Made by a program: the position numbers and the translations under genes
The notes under the pieces: model-generated
What the model was told of the DNA's origin: nothing
Databases searched by the model: none
The model's input: the letters and a program-made list of their open reading frames with translations, nothing else
Assembly: GCA_963783375.1 (NCBI GenBank)
Contig: CAWANH010000028.1
Span: 1,824,001-1,888,000, forward strand
Length of the DNA: 64,000 nt
Source: Candidatus Eiseniibacteriota bacterium
GTDB lineage: Bacteria; Eisenbacteria; RBG-16-71-46; JABDJR01
Direction of reading: 5' to 3'
Part shown: one piece after another, positions 60,862-64,000 of the stretch
Numbering within the stretch: position 1 is the first letter of the stretch
Layout: each line of letters starts with the position of its first letter

Positions 60862-62046
60862 CTACGAGGGGACCTCGCGTTCCTCCTCTTCCAGGTGGGC
60901 GAAGGTGGGAAGCACCTTCTCGAACACCAGGAGCAGGATGAAGGGGATGACGAGGATCACCACCGCCGCCCCGATACCCTCCTTGTCGAAGAGCCCGGGC
61001 ACGTAGGTCTCCCGGAATCCCCGCATGCTCTTGGAGAACATCTGGCCCCCGATCACCACGTTCCAGCGCATGGCCAGCACCTGCATGAGCAGGAGGAGCG
61101 AGGCCACCATGGTGAGGGTGTTCCGGATGCGCTCGTGCATGTAGCGGTCCAGCAGCACCACGATCATCAGGAGGATGAAGGGGATGAGACCCCCCAGCAC
61201 CATCTGGATGGAGATGAAGGAGATGGAGAGCTGGTGGGTGAGGAGGTGGCTGATGACCTCCCACTCCTCGGCCTTCTCGTAGGCCAGAGTCATGATCTCC
61301 AGGATCTCCAGGGTCAGGGTCATGATGAGGAAGAGCCAGAGCCAGCGGGCCATGGTGGAAATGGCCGGCTGATCCACCGCCCAGCCCTTGAGCTTCATGG
61401 CCACCTGGTAGAGCACGATGAGGAGGGCGATCCCCGACACCATGGCCGAGAAGAGGAAGACCACCGGCATGAGCGGGGTGGACCACCATGGGTTGGCCTT
61501 GAGCGCCCCGAAGAGAAAACCCACGTAACCGTGAAGGAGGCAGGCCATGGGGATGCCCACTGCGGCCAGGACGCGGATGATCTTGTGATCGAACTGCAGC
61601 GCTTCGTCGGAGAGGTCGTAGACCCCCAGGGCGAGGGTCGCGTAGAACCCCCGCTTGAACCCGGTGTTGGCGGCCGCCCTCCGGATGATGTCGGGCCGGA
61701 ACACGAACCATACCTCGAGGAGCAGGATCAGGAAGTAGCTCGCGTAGAGAATGCCGAAGCCGGCCATGGCCGAGGTGAAGTGCGGGGTGACCACGATGTT
61801 GAGGGCCCGTTCCGGATGCCCCAGGTGGTTCAGGAGCGGAAACGTGGCCACCACCAGGAAGCACAGCGCGGTGGCCAGGGCGAATCGCCCCAGCGGCCTC
61901 AACTCCTTCTTGCCGAACACGTGGTACAGCGACGAGACCAGGAAGGCCCCCGCCACCAGCCCGGTGATGTAGGGGTACATCACGATCATCAGGCTCCAGG
62001 CGATGTGGATGTCGTTGGGGAAGAGATAGCCGGTGAGTTCGGGCAT
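60862..62046 (-). CDS. NrfD/PsrC family membrane quinol-interacting subunit (CbcU-like)
   Basis: W..MIVMYPYITGLVAG, HLGHPERA, TSAM, HGYVGFLF, P..FL.SA..SG, MRWNVVIGGQ. Confidence 0.88.
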   Translation of the reverse strand: MPELTGYLFPNDIHIAWSLMIVMYPYITGLVAGAFLVSSLYHVFGKKELRPLGRFALATALCFLVVATFPLLNHLGHPERALNIVVTPHFTSAMAGFGILYASYFLILLLEVWFVFRPDIIRRAAANTGFKRGFYATLALGVYDLSDEALQFDHKIIRVLAAVGIPMACLLHGYVGFLFGALKANPWWSTPLMPVVFLFSAMVSGIALLIVLYQVAMKLKGWAVDQPAISTMARWLWLFLIMTLTLEILEIMTLAYEKAEEWEVISHLLTHQLSISFISIQMVLGGLIPFILLMIVVLLDRYMHERIRNTLTMVASLLLLMQVLAMRWNVVIGGQMFSKSMRGFRETYVPGLFDKEGIGAAVVILVIPFILLLVFEKVLPTFAHLEEEEREVPS

Positions 62047-62048
62047 GA

Positions 62049-62849
62049 CTACCGGACCTCCATGTCCAGCCCCAGGTAGAAGCACTGCGGCTTGGTCAAG
62101 AGTTCGGGCTGAAGGACCAACACGCGCTGGGTGGCCAGGATCTGGTTGATCGGGTCGTCGGAGTTCTTGCGGTCCCCGAAGATGCGCGCCCCCACCGGGC
62201 AAACGGTGACGCAGGCCGGTTTCAGGCCCTTGGTGATCCGGTGGTAGCACCAGGTGCATTTGTCCGCGGTGTGGGTGCGGGGGTCGATGAACCGGCTTCC
62301 GTAGGGGCAGGCCTGGACGCAGTATCCGCATCCGATGCAGCGCTTCTTGTCCACCAGCACCACCCCGTCGCGGGTGGCGTAGGAGGCGCCCACCGGGCAA
62401 ACCTGGGTGCACGGGGTGGCGTCGCAGTGGTTGCAGAGCTTGGGCACGAAGAAGGCCTTGCGGATGATCTTCTCCTGGGTCTCGGACTCGAAACCCTCGG
62501 CTCCACCGTCCGGCGAATCGACGTAGGCCCGGCCCTCGGTGGGGATCTCGTAGCGCTCCACCCAGGTGCGGTACATCCCCTCGGCGACGTCGTTCTCCGC
62601 CCGGCAGGCCCGGACACAGGCCCCACAGCCGATGCACTTGGTGGCGTCCACCAGGTACACCCAGCGGTGCTTGTCCCAGTCGTAGTCCGGGGTCGCCAGG
62701 GCCCGGGCGGATTCGGGAAGGAGAATCCCCAGCACGGTGGAGGCGGCGAGAGCGCCCCCCGCGGCCACCGCCTTCTTCAGGAACTCCCGGCGGGTGGGAT
62801 CGGCCTTGTCCAATCGATCTAGGGTCGCGGCTTTCGGTTCAATGGTCAT
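62049..62849 (-). CDS. Tat-exported 4x[4Fe-4S] protein (NrfC/CbcT-like)
   Basis: TRREFLK Tat motif; CIGCGACVRAC, CNHC..PC..VCP, CIGCGYCVQACP, KCTWC..PAC..CP. Confidence 0.92.
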   Translation of the reverse strand: MTIEPKAATLDRLDKADPTRREFLKKAVAAGGALAASTVLGILLPESARALATPDYDWDKHRWVYLVDATKCIGCGACVRACRAENDVAEGMYRTWVERYEIPTEGRAYVDSPDGGAEGFESETQEKIIRKAFFVPKLCNHCDATPCTQVCPVGASYATRDGVVLVDKKRCIGCGYCVQACPYGSRFIDPRTHTADKCTWCYHRITKGLKPACVTVCPVGARIFGDRKNSDDPINQILATQRVLVLQPELLTKPQCFYLGLDMEVR

Positions 62850-62880
62850 GGAGCGCTCTCCCTGGGTTCGCCGGTCGGGT

Positions 62881-63369
62881 TCACAGAGGCGAGTGGGGGT
62901 CATGGCAGTCGAAACAGGCCCGGGGGCCCGGCTCCCCTCCCATATCCTCGACGTGTTGCCGGGGCTGGATCTGGGGAAAGCCCTCGGGACGCGCGTTCAG
63001 TTGCTGGTGGCACCGGAGGCAGAAGTCGCTGGACTGGGGCACCGACATTTCGGCCACGACGTCCCCGTCCTTGATGTGCGTGGCCAGGGGGGCGTGACAG
63101 ATCTCGCAGTTCACCTTCTCGTGAACTCCCTGGTCGTGGGCCGAGACCTTGTCGTCGTGGCACTCAACGCACGAGGCGGAGCCGTCCCCATGCCGGACGG
63201 GCAGGGCCCGGTACTCCCCGACGCTGGCCGCGCGATAGGGCCCGTACTTCCCCCAGGTCGGGGGAGTGGCCAGGGAGCGAAGGATGATCAGGGCGACGAC
63301 GCCGAGCAGGAACAGGAACCCCACCCGGAAGACGTGCTTGGAGTGGGCGAGGGGGCTACGAGGATCCAT
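62881..63369 (-). CDS. Membrane-anchored tetraheme cytochrome c (CbcS-like)
   Basis: N-terminal TM; CVECH, CEICH, CLRCH, CFDCH. Confidence 0.9.
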   Translation of the reverse strand: MDPRSPLAHSKHVFRVGFLFLLGVVALIILRSLATPPTWGKYGPYRAASVGEYRALPVRHGDGSASCVECHDDKVSAHDQGVHEKVNCEICHAPLATHIKDGDVVAEMSVPQSSDFCLRCHQQLNARPEGFPQIQPRQHVEDMGGEPGPRACFDCHDPHSPL

Positions 63370-63823
63370 CGATGTTCTCCCTGCGTTCGGGTGAGGCGGT
63401 GAATGCAGTGGGGAGCGATTCGGGGCGGAACAGCCAGGTCAGGAACCCGGGATGGCCCGGGGACTGGGAGGCCGGTTCGACATTCCAGGGGCCCGGCTCC
63501 GGGGCGAACAGCCAGGCCCAGAATCCCCGGCGGGCGACGGGCTCCGGACCCGTCCCGGCGTTTCGGGGGCACAATTCCGGGGCGAAGAGCCAGGACCAGA
63601 ACCCGGGATCGCCGGCGGCCTTCGAACCCGGTTCATCGACCTGGGGAGGCGGTTCCGGGGACAAGAGCCAGGCGACAAGGCCGGGAGCCCGGGGTGAGGA
63701 GCCCGGGGACGGGGGCGCGGGCAGAGCTTCGGAAGCGGACACCCAGCCCAGGAACTCCTGAATCCGCCGGAAGGAGGACTCCCTTCCCGACGACCGGGGA
63801 TCGCTCGAAGGTGTGTTCCTCAA
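63356..63823 (-). CDS. Small protein with five amphipathic (G)FxxWLFxPE repeats
   Basis: GGAGAGGTGA RBS and TTG start; stop overlaps the cytochrome start; repeats FLGWVSASE, GLVAWLLSPE, GFWSWLFAPE, GFWAWLFAPE, GFLTWLFRPE. Confidence 0.65.
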   Translation of the reverse strand: MRNTPSSDPRSSGRESSFRRIQEFLGWVSASEALPAPPSPGSSPRAPGLVAWLLSPEPPPQVDEPGSKAAGDPGFWSWLFAPELCPRNAGTGPEPVARRGFWAWLFAPEPGPWNVEPASQSPGHPGFLTWLFRPESLPTAFTASPERRENIDGSS

Positions 63824-64000
63824 TGCCGGCTCACCTCTCCGAAAACGGGTTCGACTATCGGGACAGCGAACGAACGACCGAACGAACTTCCGGGCAAAGC
63901 AAACCAGGAGTTCCAGATCCGGAATGACACCTTGGTTTCTAGCGGACCGGGGCGGTCGGGAAAAGCATACAATTTGGATATCTCAATACCCTTTTTTGCA

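Noticed and set aside
63960-64000. FNR-like site TTGGATATCTCAA at the window end
   Set aside because: Spacing and match to TTGAT-N4-ATCAA are poor, and the context is cut off by the window edge.

Overview
GC-rich bacterial chromosomal segment. An FCB-group candidate phylum (Eisenbacteria/Krumholzibacteriota/Latescibacterota-like) is inferred from the FlgD-Ig-tailed secreted protein and the CxxxY-type CcmE; this is not proven. Left to right the window holds: a 5'-truncated giant acyl-CoA-synthetase/helical/pseudokinase-like/GNAT fusion, a YbjT-like SDR and a HEAT protein; an NO-detoxification cluster (qNor, RIC/ScdA, YwiC-like, divergent Rrf2); valS, DUF4139 and three tandem paralogous lipoproteins; uvrB, nadC-birA-nhaA-dapF, cvpA, a MEMO1-AMMECR1 fusion and leucine dehydrogenase; a frameshifted yitJ; a System I* ccmABCDEF operon; and a triply frameshifted aspartokinase. 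tRNA-Gly(GCC) carries a 3.6-kb integrase-less mini-island (47-bp att repeats, candidate arm sites, one secreted LVIVD cargo gene). After it come a Cyc2-like cytochrome-porin with YceI, RMD1, NTF2-like and BON proteins, gnd-zwf, a divergent ACAD/ETF-QO/ETF operon, an orphan FG-GAP histidine kinase, and a CbcSTU-like quinol oxidoreductase operon led by a small WLFxPE-repeat protein. Most long ORFs in the supplied track are GC shadow ORFs. All calls come from reading motifs by eye; no database searches were run.
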